The notes beneath the pieces are model-generated. The model ran no database searches. It saw only the letters and a program-made list of their open reading frames with translations, and had not been told where the DNA came from. Shown piece after piece: positions 15,355 through 30,199 of a stretch of 64,000 nt of DNA; position 1 is the stretch's first letter, and every line of letters starts with the position of its first letter. Source of the stretch: the human T2T-CHM13v2.0 reference genome, Homo sapiens; assembly GCF_009914755.1 (NCBI RefSeq), contig NC_060926.1; one strand, given 5' to 3'. Both the position numbers and the translations under genes were made by a program.

Positions 15355-16469
15355 AGGTTGTCTTCCAGGGTTTTTATAGTTATGGGTTTTCCAATTTAAG
15401 TCTTTAATTCATTTTGAGGTGTTTTTTGTTCTTGTTTTTGTTTTGTATATGGTGTAAGGAAGGGGCCCAGTTATCCCAGCACCATTTACTGAAGAGGGAA
15501 TCTTTTCCCATTGTTTGTTTTTGTCAGTTTTGTCACAGATGAGGTGGTTGTAGGTGTGCAGGCTTATTTTTGGCTCTCTATTCTGTTTCATTGGTCTATA
15601 TGTCTGTTTCCGTACTGGTACCATGCTGTTTTGATTACTGTAGCCCTGTTAGTATAGTTTGAAGTCAGGTAGCGTGATGCCTCCAGATTTGTTCTTTTGC
15701 TTAGGATTGGCTTGGCTATTCAGGCTCTTTCTTGGCTCCATATGAATTTTAAAATAGTGGGTTTTTTTTTTCTAGTTTTGTAGAGAAGTCATGTGTAGTT
15801 TGATAGAAATGACATTAAATCCATAAATTCCTCTGGGCAGTATGGTCATTTTAATTATAGTGATTCTTTTTATCCATGAGCATGGAATGTTTTTTCATTT
15901 GTTTGTATCTGCTCTGATTTCTTTGAGCAGTGTTTTGTAGTTCTTATTGTAGAGACCTTTTACCTCCTTGTATTCCTAGGTATTTTATTCTTTTTGTGGT
16001 AATTGTGATTAGGATTGCATTTCTGATTTGGCTCTCATCTTGACTGTTGTTGGTGTATCAGAATGCTAGTGATTTTTGTACATTGATTTTGTATCCTGAG
16101 ACTTTGCCGAAGTTGTTTATAAACTTAAGGAGCTTTTGGGCCAAGATTATGAAATTTTCTAGCTATAGAATCATGTCATCTGAAAGCAGGGATAGCTTGA
16201 CTTTCTCTCTTCCTATTTGGATTCCCTTTATTTCTTTCTCTTGTCTAATTGCCCTGGCTAGGACTTTCAATACTATATTGAATAGGAATGGTGACAGAGG
16301 CCATCCTTGTCTTCTGCTGGTTTTCAAGGGGAATGCCTCCAGCTTTTGCCCATTCAGTACAATATTAGCTGTGGGTTTGTCGTGGATGGCTCTTATTATT
16401 TTGAGGTATTATCCTTCAATACCTACTTTATTGAGAGTTTTTAACATAAAGGGGCATTGACTTTTTTAA

Positions 16470-16823
<354 letters not shown>

Positions 16824-16918
16824 TAAGTGATGAGTCACATTTATTGATTTGTGTATGTTGAACTAACCTTATATGCCAGGATTAAAGCCTACTTAATTGT
16901 GATTGATAAACTTTTTGA

Positions 16919-17236
<318 letters not shown>

Positions 17237-20200
17237 TGACAGTATTTTGTTGAGGATTAGGATATTGGCCTGAATGTTTTGTTATTGTTGTGTCTCTGCC
17301 AGGTTTTTGTATCAGGATGATGCTGCTGGCCTCATGGAATGAGTTAAAGATAAGTCTCTCTTCCTCAATTTTTTGGAATAGTTTCACTAGGAATGGTACT
17401 AGCTCTTCTTTTTATATCTAGTAGAATTCAGCTGTGAATCATCTGGTTCTGGGCTCTCTTTGCTAGGTAGGCTATTTATTACTCATTCAATTTTGGAGCT
17501 TGATATTGATCTGCTCAGGGGTTCAATTTCTTTCTGGCTCAGTACTTGGAGGGTGTCTGTGTCCAGGAATTTATGCATTTTTTTCTAGATTTTCTACTTT
17601 GTGTGCACATAGAAGTTCATAATATTCTCTGATGTTTATTTGTATTTCTGCGGGGTCAGCGGTAATATCCCCTTTGTTATTTCTGATTGTGTTTATTTGC
17701 ATCTTTTTTTTTCTTTTCTTCTTTATTGGCCTAGCTAGTGCTCTATTTCATTAATTTTTTAAAAAGCATAACTCCTGGATTAATTGATCTTTTGAATGTT
17801 TTTTTATATCTCAATCTCTTTATATTTTACCTCTGATTTTGGTTATTTCTCATCTTCTGCTAGATTTGGGGTTAGTTTGCTCTTGGTTCCCTAGTTCTTT
17901 TAGATGTTAAATGGTGAAATTGAGATCTTCCTAACTTTTTGATGTGGACATTTAGTTCTATAAATTTCCCTCTTAATACTGCTTTGTCTGTGTCCCAATA
18001 TTCTTGTATGTTGTATCTTTGTTCTCAATAATTTCAAAGAACTAATTAACTACTGCATTAATTTCATTATTTACCGCAAAAACATTCAGAAGCAGGTTAT
18101 TTCATTTTCATGTAACTGTATGGTTTTGAGTGATTTTCTTAGTCTTGATTTTTAATTTTGTTACACTATGGCTGAGAGAATGGTTGGTGTGATTTTAGTC
18201 CCTTCACATTTGCTAAGGATTGTTTTTTGTCCAATTATGTGGTTGATTTTAGAGTATGTGCCATGTGCTGATGAGAATAATGTATATTCTGTCGTTTTTG
18301 TGTGAAGAATTCTGTAGATGTTTATCAGATCCATTTGATCCAATGTTTAGTTCATGTCCTGAATATCTTTGTTAATTTTCTGTCTTAATGATCTGTCTAA
18401 TACAGTCAGTTGGGTGGTTGAAGTCCCCCACTATTATTGTGTGGGAGTCTAAGTCTCTTTGCAGGTTTCTAAGGACTTGCTTTGTGAATCAGTTAGGTCT
18501 TCTTGTTGAATTGAACCACTTACCACTATATAATGCATTTCTTTGTCTTTTTTTTTCTTTGTTGGCATAAAGTCTGTTTTGTGTGAAATTAGGAATGCAA
18601 ACTCTGCTTATTTTTCTATTGGCTTGGTAGGTTTTTCTCCATCCCTGTATTTTGAGCCTATGAGTATCATTGCATGTGAGATGGGTTTCTTATGGTAACA
18701 AATTTCCTAAGCATTTGCTTGTCTGAAAATATTCTTATTTCTGCTTCGCTAATAAAGCTTAGTTTGGCCAGATATAAAATTGGCTAGAATTTCTTTTCTT
18801 TAAGAATGATGTATATTGACCCCCAATTTCTTCTGGTTTGTAGGGGTTCTGCTGAGAGGCCCGCTATTAGTCTGATGTGCTTTTCTTTGTAGGTAACCTG
18901 ACCTTTTTCTCTAGCTGCTTTTCACATTTTTTCCTTCATTTCAACCTTAGAGAATCTGATGATTATGTATCCTGGTGATGATCTTCTTGTGAAGTATCTG
19001 ACTGGGGTTTTCTGCATTTCCTGAATGTGAATGTTGGCCTCTCTAGCTAGGTTGGGGAGGTTATCATGAATGATATCCTGAAATAAATTTTACAAGTTGC
19101 TCCCATTGTTTTCTTCTCTTTCAGGGACACCAATGAGTTACAGAATTGGTCTCTTTACATAATCCCTTATTTCTTAGAAGTTTTGTTCATTCCTTTTCAT
19201 TCTTTTTCTTCTGTTCTTGTCCGACTGTCTTATTTCAGAAAGCCAGTCTTCAAGCTCTAAGATTCTTTCATCTGCTTGCTCTATTCTGCTGTTAATATTT
19301 GTGATTGCATTATAAAATTCTTGTAGTGTGTTTTTTAGCTCTATCAGGTTGGTTACATTATTTTCTAGGCTGGCTATTTTGTCTGTCAGCTCCTGTTTCA
19401 TTTATTGTCATTCTTAGCTTCCTTGGATCGGGTTTCAACGTACTCCTGCATCTTGATTATCTTCATTTCTACCCATATTCTGAATTATATTTCTGTCATT
19501 TCAGCTTCTCAGCCCAGTTCAGAACCCTTGCTGTAGACTTAGTGTGGTTATTTGGAAAAATAAGGCACTCTGGCTTTTTGAGTTGTCAGAGTCCTTGCGC
19601 TGGTCCTTTCTCATTTTTGTTGACTGATATTCCTTCAGTCTTTGAAGTTGCTGTTGTTTTGATGTTTTTTTCTTTTTTTCTTTTATCCTATTTGATCACT
19701 TTGAGGGTTTGATTGTGTTATAAGGTAGATTCAATCAACTGATTTTGTTTCTGAAAGATTTATGGGGCCAAGGCTCAGTTCCCAACTCCTCTACTGCATG
19801 CTCAAACTCTGTGGGACTGGTATCAAGCCCAGATTTGTTCCTTGCACAGAGGTAGGGTGCTGGTGGGGGTGGGGCTGGTAGGCTTTGTGCCCAGCAAGGC
19901 TCTGAGTGCAATGACAGTATGACAGAAAGTGGGGGTAGAATGCACTCACACTGCCGGCAGTGGCAGGGCAAGGTACATACATACATATGCAATGGTGGGT
20001 CAGGGAAGGCAAGATTCATCTCCCACACACATGTACCAGCAAGGAGAGGTAGGGTTGGCCATGGGCCTGAGGGAAGCTGCAGTGTAGACAGGGAGCAGGT
20101 GGGTTGGTGCATCTTTGCTGGGGCTGCTCTGCTGGAGCTCTACTTGTCAGACAGGTCCAACAGTGCAGGAGGTATGAGTCAGGCCTCCGGGGCACCCGTG

Positions 20201-20256
20201 GCTACACTGCAAGTAGGTGCAGTCAGGCTGGGGCCCCAGGACATAGCAGAACAAGG

Positions 20257-20636
20257 TGTATTAATGTGTTCTCACATTGGTATAAAGAACTACCTGAGAC
20301 TGGGTAATTTATAAAGAAGAAAGGTTTTCTTGTGTCGTGGTTCCACAACCTGTGTAGGAAGCATGCTGGGGAGGCCTTAGGAAACTTAAACCAAGGCAGA
20401 AGTCGAAGGGAAAGCAGGTATGTTCTGTATCACTGGAGCAGAAGGAGGAGAGCTCAAGGAGGTACTACAGACTTTTAAACAACCAGATCTCATGAGAACT
20501 CACTCATTATCATGAGAATAGTGAGGAGGAAATCTGCTTCCATTATCCAATCACCTCACACCAGGCCCCTCCTCCAACAATAGGGATTACAATTTGACAT
20601 GAGTCTTGGGCAAGGACACAGATTCAAACTATATCA
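20257..20636 (-). mobile_element. THE1D/MSTA-like solo LTR in the L1 5' UTR
   Basis: TGTATTA...TATATCA termini, TSD CAAGG (20252-56, 20637-41), CCTGAGACTGGGTAATTTATAAAG motif. Confidence 0.92.
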
Positions 20637-21899
20637 CAAGGGGATGCTCAGGTTGGACCAGCTCTGTCTAATGGCCAAGACCACCCTGCAGAGTTCAGGT
20701 CCAACAGTTCCCCTAGGGCTAAGTTCCCTCTGGGAACCAGTCAAGCCTAGGGGAATGGGTTTCCCTGGCTGTGCTCCACTACACACGATTTTCCATCAAA
20801 CCCTGTGAGCTCCACACTGACTGGAGTGCTACTGCTACCACTTTTCTAAGCAGCTCTCCCTGCCGACTCAAGTATCCAGGGTTGTCAGTGGGTCTCTTCC
20901 TGTCAGGATTCCAGAGGTCTGAGAACCACCATATTCTTTTCTATTTCACTGGAGGCATGGGGGAAGAATGTAACTTATAAAAACAAAGAATTGTAATGGA
21001 CAATTGAGGGACTAAGAAAAAAACACTCGTGGTCTACCCAATATCACATACTGCTACATATACTAGCTAAACAAAATTACTAAGCTGATTCCCACCTTTT
21101 CTGAAAAAAATCTATAGCTGAGCTCTTCATAACCATCCCTCTCTCTGCTTCTTGAATCAATTACTTTGAAGCAGGCAGAGTTCCTCCTCCTTTTTCTTCC
21201 ATGGGTCTTTGACTGTTTACCTTCACTATCTCTATGTCAGAAGTTATTTACCTTTTTGGGGTACGGCCATCTAAAGAAGCCTATATATGTCTCAAGGTAA
21301 TAATTTTTAAATTTTTAAAATAAAATATCATATTGAGGACTTCAGAGGAAACCAATTGCATTTAAATGTTTTTATTAAAATGTTAAGGAAAATTTTGTCA
21401 TATGTAATGATGTACTTTGTTAAAAATACAATAAATAAAATTATTGGCAGCAAGTCTATTGCCTACTATATTGTGTTCAGGGTAAGTTTTGTTTTGAAAT
21501 ATCTGCAACATTTGTAATGTTAAGGAATATATCTGTTTTCTATTGATGACAATGTCACAGTTATGCTACTACTGTTCTGTATTTAAAACTTACATTTATA
21601 ATTGAAGGAAATGCTAAATTTTTGTTGGAGTTTAGTTAGAATATACATGTAGTTTATTTTCATACAAATGTTTAGGCCCTGAGAATTCCTTCTGGAAATA
21701 CAGTTCAAATCTAGAAAAATTGTGAAGGGAAGTAGAAGTGAACTGTTAACAGTATCATGTTTTCTGGGAAGCACAGTTTGCATGAGTAAAACAGAACAAA
21801 ATGGAATTAGGGCAACGTTTGATGGCATGTTATGTTTGTAAATTATACTTTCCCTGTACTCTCTCAACTTCAAGTATCAAAAGCTGAGTTATAGGAACC

Positions 21900-24600
21900 A
21901 GAGGGAAAATACCATCACAATGTAGAAGAGGTAACCCCTGCAAAACTATGATAGCAAAACTAAACTGGCCTACAAACAATATACATTCAACATGTTTGAA
22001 ATCCAAAGGCAACGAGAATGTTCTTTAAGCATCAAAACACAACAATTCATACACACAAATACAAACTGGTTGGCTACTTATAAGGGACTAAAAGGAAGCC
22101 AGCCTCAGACTCTCTGCCACATGAATAAAGAGAACAGAATGGAATACTATTTAGCATTGTTTCGGCAAATTGTCACTGAAGACATAAATACTTTGACATA
22201 TTTTCTTTCATAAGGAAAGCAACAGAAAGGCATAAAATTACTTAAATATGTAATTCAAAAAAATAAAGATCATGGTAAAATTAATAGCATAACAAAGGAA
22301 AAATATTAACATTAAATGAATGAAGGACAGAACTAAATCTAGTTAGACAAGAGATAATTGCAAATATTTCAAGCATCAATACAAATGTCAAAAACTTTAT
22401 ATATACTTACATAAGTATACATTTACAATTATTCACTTATTTACTACTTTTTAAAGTACAAATTATACTCTAGCTCTAAAATGCCAAATTAACTAAACTC
22501 AATTAAATTAACTAAACTACAATTTTCATAGAGAATTGGGAAAGGAAAGAAGAGAGAACGTTAATGGCTGCTTAATTCCTGATACCAAGGAGGAGGTATT
22601 TAAAATGCTGTTGGATAGAAATCTAGAATTGATCAAATCAAAACCAAAGTGAAACAAAAGGCATTAAAAAAGATGAATGCCTCATAAAAACAGGATATCT
22701 AACATTAACATGTCAGTAGAGAAACCAAAGCAAATTTCATTAAGTAGGAATCACAGGATATTTATTAAGGGCTTGTATATGATGAAAATGTAATTGTTTA
22801 TTTGTACATGACAGTAGACAAAGCAAAACATACAGGAAAAAACACACTAAAAATGAGAGAAAAAAGAAAAACTTACTTCACTTTCCTCCTTCATAACTCA
22901 TTGAAAACATCAAAAAGAAAGAACAGTAGGGGAAAATATTTCATCAGTGATACAACAAGACAGCCATAACCTCAAACCACAAACCATCACGTATACTTGC
23001 CAAAACTGTAAAGCCTGGACTCAGATGGGAACGTGATGAGAGTTGACATTTGTTGCGTTTAAACTTTACCCAACTACATATTTCCCAAAGTAAACATCAC
23101 CTTCACAAAAGGCAACACAACTATAGTTTGATTAGAAAGCTTAGATCTAGCTCAGTATTGGACACAGGTTTTCTGTGGAATGTCTAGAAAGAAACACAGT
23201 TTAGAATAATGAGGTAGAGAAGTAAAGAGAAAAATAAAGCTGATAAGTAATTTCTTTTATTTAGGATTTGGTTTCCCAGGTCAAGAAGACTGTGAGAGTG
23301 AAGTAGAGTAGAAAGATAAAAAGAGCAGCCATACCACAAAACAAAGGGTGTTAAAACTGAACAGGAATTACTGTGAGCCCCCATGGGTCCCTCAAAGATA
23401 AAACTAGAAAGGAGTTGTGTCCTTAGCAGGAAGAACTGAGTAAGAGTACAAAGAAAATAGAAGGATGCATGTTCTAGAAAATAAAGTCACTCTGTTCCTT
23501 ATTTCTAACTGCCTCTCTTTACAATATATTTTGGTGCAACCAGTGCTCATTCAAAAATGAGTTTTGTCAGAAATAAACAAATTAAGTTATTGTACGTCAA
23601 AACTGCCACCATAAAAGGAATAGACATATAATCAAAAGGTAACTCATAGACCTCAAGAAAAATCACTCTGCCAAAATACAGGAAATAGTAGAAAATTATC
23701 TTTTATAATCCCTAAAAAATGAGAGGTAACTACATCCTTTTTAAAGAAGCACAGAAATGAGAGAGAATAGTTTTATGAAATCATAAGATGATAAGGGTGC
23801 AAATGTAAAGCTTGATAACAGAGCATGGGGAAGTAAATTAAAATAAGCAAGGTGCTATAAAAACTAAAAAGAATAAAATGACTGAAAATAATATCAGAAA
23901 CATGTGGCTAGGTTTATAACAAAAGGAAAATACCAAGTAATTAAAAAGCACTACAAAAAATTTAAAGTATGGAAATAAAGAACATTTGGGCCACACATGA
24001 TTGGTGGTTTTGAAAAAAGCAGAACTCATAGAATACAAAATCTATTCAACTTTATAACAGGAAGAAACTTTAACTGAAATAGGAGACTGGACTCCAGAGA
24101 TTTATGATACAAACAGTTTACCAGAAGAAATGAGAGAGAACAATAGACATCAGATATGTTTCAGGTATTCAACATCAGTTACGATTAGTGCCCAGACAGA
24201 AGGCAGTAGGCGTTTACACCAGAAGATAATGCATTCTATCCATTAAATGATTTCTACAAAATATCTACAAATGATGTTCTTCTTTTGACAGAAAGGAAGT
24301 ACCCCATATTTTTGCCTAGGTACATTTTTGTCCAGTGTAACAACAGCAGACAGATGATCATAAGTGCCTATGAACTATTATTAACATAAATTATGAAAGG
24401 AGTAAGAAAAATGAGAGACATATAAATGTACATTATATCGTCTCTACTAATAGAGAGTAAATAGAAAGTTTGCTAATTGAAGTGTAATTTCAAAAACTCC
24501 AGACATGTCTATAAATCTAATAATTTATGTCAAAGATATGTGGGGATTTTATTTTGCTATTTTTGCATATTAACTGTAATGTCAAATTTTTCAAAATAAG
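21900..24600 (+). mobile_element. Highly decayed L1M/HAL1-like sequence
   Basis: Strong A-rich strand bias with scattered ORF1-like motifs; not alignable by eye. Confidence 0.3.
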
Positions 24601-24982
24601 ATTAAAAACTCCAAACACTTCAATTTTTTGTCTTTTTAATCTTAATGTTAGAAGGATATTTTCAGAAATAATACAATTTTTGATAAAGAAAAAATTGCCT
24701 GAAATGTAGCAATTCTACAGGTTTTACAGCAATTTGGAAGTTACATCCAATTAAAATTAAATATAATCATTTAATTAAGACTAGAATACATCTTGAATAT
24801 TAAGTTAATATATACATTTTTTTTGCTCTAGGAGAGTTGTCTACAATTATGTTGATCAAATGTTATTGATGTTTCCAGTAATTAGGATTTGGGAGATTAA
24901 CCAAAACCACCCTTCCCACATTTATGGAAAGCATAGCTTTTTAAAATTAAATAATGAGCAAGTAAAAGAATATATATTATTT

Positions 24983-26252
24983 TGTTCATATACTTTGCCC
25001 ACTTTTTCATGGGGTTGTTTTTTTCTTGTAAATTTAAGTTTCTTGTAGAATCTGGATATTAGCTCTTTGTCAGATGGGTAGATTGCAAAAATTTTCTCCC
25101 ATTCTGTAGGCTGCCTGTTTACTCTGACGATAGTTTCTTTTGCTATGTAGAAGCTCCTTAGTTTAATTAGATCCCATTTGCCAATTGTGGTTTTTGTTGC
25201 AATTGCTTTTGGTGTTTTAGTCATAAAGCCTTTGCCCATGTGTATGTCCTGAATGGTATTGCCTAGGTTTTCTTTCAGGGTTTTTATGGTTTTAGGTCTT
25301 ATGTTTAAGTCTTTAATCCATCTTAAGTTAATTTTTGTGTAAGGTGTAAGGAAGGTGTCCAGTTTCAGTTTTCTGCATATGGCTAGCCAGTTTTCCTACA
25401 TCATTTATTAAATAGGGAATCCTTTCCCCATTGCTTGTTTTAAGAAGACATTTATGTGGCCAACAAACATGAAAAAAAGCTCATCATCACTGGTCATTAG
25501 AGAAATGTAAATGAAAACCACAATGAGATACCATCTCACACCAGTTAGAATGGTGATCATTAAAAAGTCAGAAACAACAGATGCTGGAGAGGATGTGGAG
25601 AAGTAGGAATGCTTTTACACTGTTGGTGGGAGCGTAAATTAGTTCAACTATTGTGGAAGACAGTGTGGCGATTCTGCAAGGATCTAGAACTAGAAATACA
25701 ATTTGACCCAGCAATCCCATTACCGAGTATATACCCAAAGGATTATAAATCATTCTACTCTGAAGACACATGCACGCATATGCACACTATTCACAATAGC
25801 AAAGACTTGGAACTAACCCAAATGCCCATCAATGATAGATTGGATAAAGAAAATGTAGCACATATAACCATGGAATACTATGCAGCCATAAAAAAGGATG
25901 AGTTCATGTCCTTTGCAGGGACATGGATGAAGCTGGAAACCATCATTCTCAACAAACTAACACAGGAACGGAAAACCAAGCACCACATGTTCCCTTTCAT
26001 AAGTGAGAGTTGAACAATGAGAACACATGGACACAGGGAGGGAAACATTACACACTGGGGCCTGTTGAGGGGTGGAGGGCAAGGGGAGGGAGAGCATTTG
26101 GATAAATACCTAATACATGTGGGGCTTAAAACCTAGATGACTGGTTAATGGGCTCAGCAAACCACCATGGCTCATGTATACCTATGAAACCTGCACGTTC
26201 TGCACATGTATCCTAGAACTTAAAGTGTATTACAAAAAAAAAAAAAAAAAAA
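24983..26252 (+). mobile_element. L1PA8-like element with 5' inversion (twin priming)
   Basis: Antisense ORF2 at 24983-25441, then sense ORF2 end and 3' UTR (GGGGCTTAAAACCTAGATGAC) with A19 tail. About 12 nt of consensus is missing at the inversion point. Confidence 0.93.
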
Positions 26253-26354
26253 GAACATGGAGCACCTAGAACTTACACATTGCAGCAGGAAAGCAGTTTG
26301 GCAGATTCTTATAAAGTTAAACTCAACAAGACCCAACAGCGCCACTCTGCAAGA

Positions 26355-26523
26355 GGGCCTGTTGGGAGGTCAGGGGCTAGGGGAGGGATAGCATTAGGAG
26401 AAATACCTAATGTAGATGATGGGTTGATGGCTGCAGCAAACCACCATGGCACGTGTATACCTATGTAACTTACCTGCACGTTCTGCACATGTATCCCAGA
26501 ACTTAAAGTATAATAATAAAAAA
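26355..26523 (+). mobile_element. Short L1PA6/7-like 3' end
   Basis: GGAGGGATAGCATTAGGAGAAATACCTAATGTAGATGA...CCCAGAACTTAAAGTATAATAATAAAAA. Confidence 0.9.
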
Positions 26524-27229
26524 GAATATTTTAATATATCTTCTTTATGTGTGTGTATATATGTATGTATGTATATACATATAAACACATATGGAGAAAT
26601 TGCCAGAAACATAATAGTAGTAAAAAGGTACTTGTTTTAGGCTTGAAAATCATATATATAATTTGGAAAAAATATTTTTATTAAGTTTGTTACATGTTCC
26701 ACTACTATAGAATATACCTTCCTTTCAACTAGCTAAAAAATCACTTGCAAATAATATTGTTTGTTACAAAGTAACATTACAAGAAAAATTCAATGAACAC
26801 TATCATGAACATGACTGAACATGGGTTTCCATAGCACATAAAAATGTCACCATATTGAAAAGTAAATATACATTTGCTAATAAAGAACCTGAGCATGAAC
26901 AGAAGATGTGAGAAGTAGTTAAAAAATTATTAAATACTTTATAAACACCATTGTACTTAAGAAATTGAAAATAATGGCACAAAAACTTCTATTTTGAAGT
27001 TTGGGCTATTTTAAAACTGAAAATTAATGTTTTAAGAGTGAGATTAGAAAGACAATCCTCATAGAATTCTTTTGAGTTAGAAAATTGGAACAATGTAAAG
27101 GAAAATTTTCTTCCAGTGTAGTCAATTGTTTAAAAACTATTTCTTGCAATGTGTTCCCAAATTTTGACTTCTAGGAATTTGTCTTAAGGAAAAAGGTATT
27201 TTGACAATGATTCTGAAGCTATTGTTGGT

Positions 27230-27445
27230 GTGGTATGACATGGTGGTTAAGAGAGATTCCAGAGAAGATTTGCATGAATTAAAATCTTATTATCTGTCAC
27301 TTTCTATCTGACGTTAATCTCACTTGCCTCAGTTGCTCATCTGTAAAATTAGGATAACTATAGCTATGGAGTTGTTATGAGAATTTAATGAGTCTATATA
27401 GAAATTTGATTGGAATAATGCAGAGATAGCTAGTGTTAACTATTT
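27230..27445 (+). mobile_element. MIR SINE
   Basis: GTGGTTAAGAG head, GCCTCAGTTGCTCATCTGTAAAAT core, GTTGTTATGAGAATTTAATGAG. Confidence 0.8.
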
Positions 27446-30199
27446 TGTTCTATCCAAATATCCCATAATAGTGGTATTTATAACAACAAACACTATAACC
27501 AACCTAAATATCTAAAACTATTAGGATAATTAAAAAAATTATAATCTACATATAGAATTATGAAATCACTATAAAAGATATTTATTGACATGAGAAGTAT
27601 CATCTATAGATTACACTGAAGCTTTAATTGAGGCGGATTATGAAAGTTATCTAAAGAAAGTCTTCAAATAATCCTAAATCTAGATAAATATTCCAAAATG
27701 TTTATATAATCTAGTGATATATGCCCTATGATTTTCTTTATATTTATTGCATTTTACAAATTTATACATGTATCAAATTTTTATATTGAATGCATGTTAC
27801 TTTAATAATCAGACATTAATGCTTTAAAAAATAAACTGATTCAAATAAATACACAGTAACTGCTTAAAAATCTAAAATGTATTTTTCTTGAATTTTGTGG
27901 CTCATGAACAACTAATGTTTGGCTACATTTTAATTTTATACATTAATTAGATAGTAAATGTATTGTGGAATGTTTAGATTGGCTAATAAATAATAAATTT
28001 GTTTCATCTTTTAAGTAAAAATTTAAAATTTATAAGCAGGATGTTTTTGAAAGGTTAAATGGATTATAAGCCAATATTATCCTTCTTTAGATTTACTATA
28101 CCATTATTGTTATTTCCATAAGGTTGCTACTTTCTTTACTATGTGCTCCTAGTATACGTTAAATAGAAAAAAGAAAAACTGTACTGAATGAGAAGACTTT
28201 CTAATTATATTCCTTAGAGAAAAGAGTCAGTATATGAGAGGGAATAAAAACACTCTAATTTGTGGCTGTAAGTATAAAAAATTAACAAAGGAAAATTCTA
28301 TTTTCTTGGTTTGTTATCATGTGAAAAACAAGCCATCAATTTTAATTAAAAAATAAAAACTTTACATACTTTTCTGTTGAGAACATATCTAATAGAAAAT
28401 TTTAAAACAAAATTAACAGAGAAAAAAGAAAAACATTGGAGAAATAAGAAGCATCTTATTTCAAATAAAAACAATTCTCACACAAGGAAAATGTTAGACA
28501 AGTCACTGTTTTTAAAATGCTGTATCCCATTATATTTAAGTTTCTATTGTGTCTGTAATAACCTAGAATGAAGAGTATTCCAATTTGCTTTGAACAGACT
28601 TAGAATAAAAATTCTACATTACTTTTTAGTTATGCTCCAGGGCAAGAGATTTATTATAAGAATTTCCTTATTGTTTACAATTTTGATAATTTGTTATAAA
28701 AGCTGATAACTATACACATTTTTATAAAAGTTACAAAGCAGTACTTCTATTTGAAATCTCATCTAGTGACTATCCTCCTGAAAAAGGCTCACTTCAACTT
28801 TGCGTTGATATGTAATAGTCTGAGTCATCCAAATAGTGACTTGTGGACAAGATAATCTCATACTATGGAGGAAATACCATTTTAAGTATAAAGGAAGTTG
28901 TTTGGAATGGTTTTATTAATAAGTGTCTGACTGGGGCTTTACGTTATGACAAACCACAGCTTTAAAAAACATGAAAGAGCCTAAACAAAAGAGAGAAGAC
29001 ACACATATGATTTTTTTCTTTTTGACTCAAACCTAGGCATTGTATTGATGAAAAAACTTGGTTACTTCTTCACCACAATGAGTGAATTCCTCTTATCAAT
29101 GGCAATCATTTAATAATATTTCCTCACATGTAGCAGAATGATGATAATACTCTGTATGCTGGAAGTTGTAATCCCTGAAAGCACAGTGCCACATCCCAGG
29201 CATTGGAAAGAAAATTGCTAATAAACTGAATGTTGGTAATTGTAGTTTTTAATCTTCTCTATATAGTCAATCCATCAGAGTACCAAATATCAGGAGGGAG
29301 AGATTAGAAATTCAAAAGTGGTATAATAAATAAATGCTTGTTAAACATTAGAAATTTAGCTGAAAGTTCTTTAACATTCTCTTCAACTTATCCTGAGAAA
29401 GAAATTTGATCATTACACAAATGAAGTAACAAAGTCAATAATTATAGTGATACCCTGTCTGTGGGCACAGAGTTTAGCTCCCTGAATGAGATGAGAAATG
29501 AGATTGATAAGGAAGAATTATACAAGACCTTGGAAATTAATTTAAAAAATACTGGGGTTAGCATATAAATTAGACATATTAAGTAGCAAAATTAATAGTT
29601 AATAAAATCAATTCAGTGATATGGAAAAATATCTTCAAGGAATTGAGTTAGAAGCAGAAAAATATTTAGATATAAAATATGAAAGATGAAAAATATAGAG
29701 AAGTTTGAGATGCAATATGAAAAGTGATTTACTAAAATAAAATGCATGTACTAATGGAATAAAAACAGGGATATTAAAAAGAAGGATTGTTAAATTTCAG
29801 ATAAACTACAAGATAGCCATTAACACCCAGACACAACGTAACAGAATTTTTAATTACAAAGAAAACAAGGTGATGGATCTTCCCTGATCTAAGGAAGCTG
29901 AATCCTAAGTAGGAAGAGAGGAAAGCTAATAGGCAATCAGATTTAAAACTCAGATTCCACTCACAAAACATCACTAATCAGTAATAATGGAGGTGTTGGA
30001 AAAAATGATCACTTCTTCCCACATTTGGGAAACCAGTTGACTGCTTCTATTCCACCTGGTACATTGAAGATTTACTTTTCTAGAAATCGTAAAACCCAGA
30101 ATATCTGGACTGGAGGCCATAAGACATGTTTATGAGCAGAGGTATATATGCTGTGCTGAAATAGAGAAATACATTGAATGTTTATCTAGATTAATGAGT

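Noticed and set aside
19735-20314. GC-richer overlapping ORFs of 125-131 aa
   Set aside because: They lie within the L1 5' UTR/THE1 LTR bounded by the L1's TSD.
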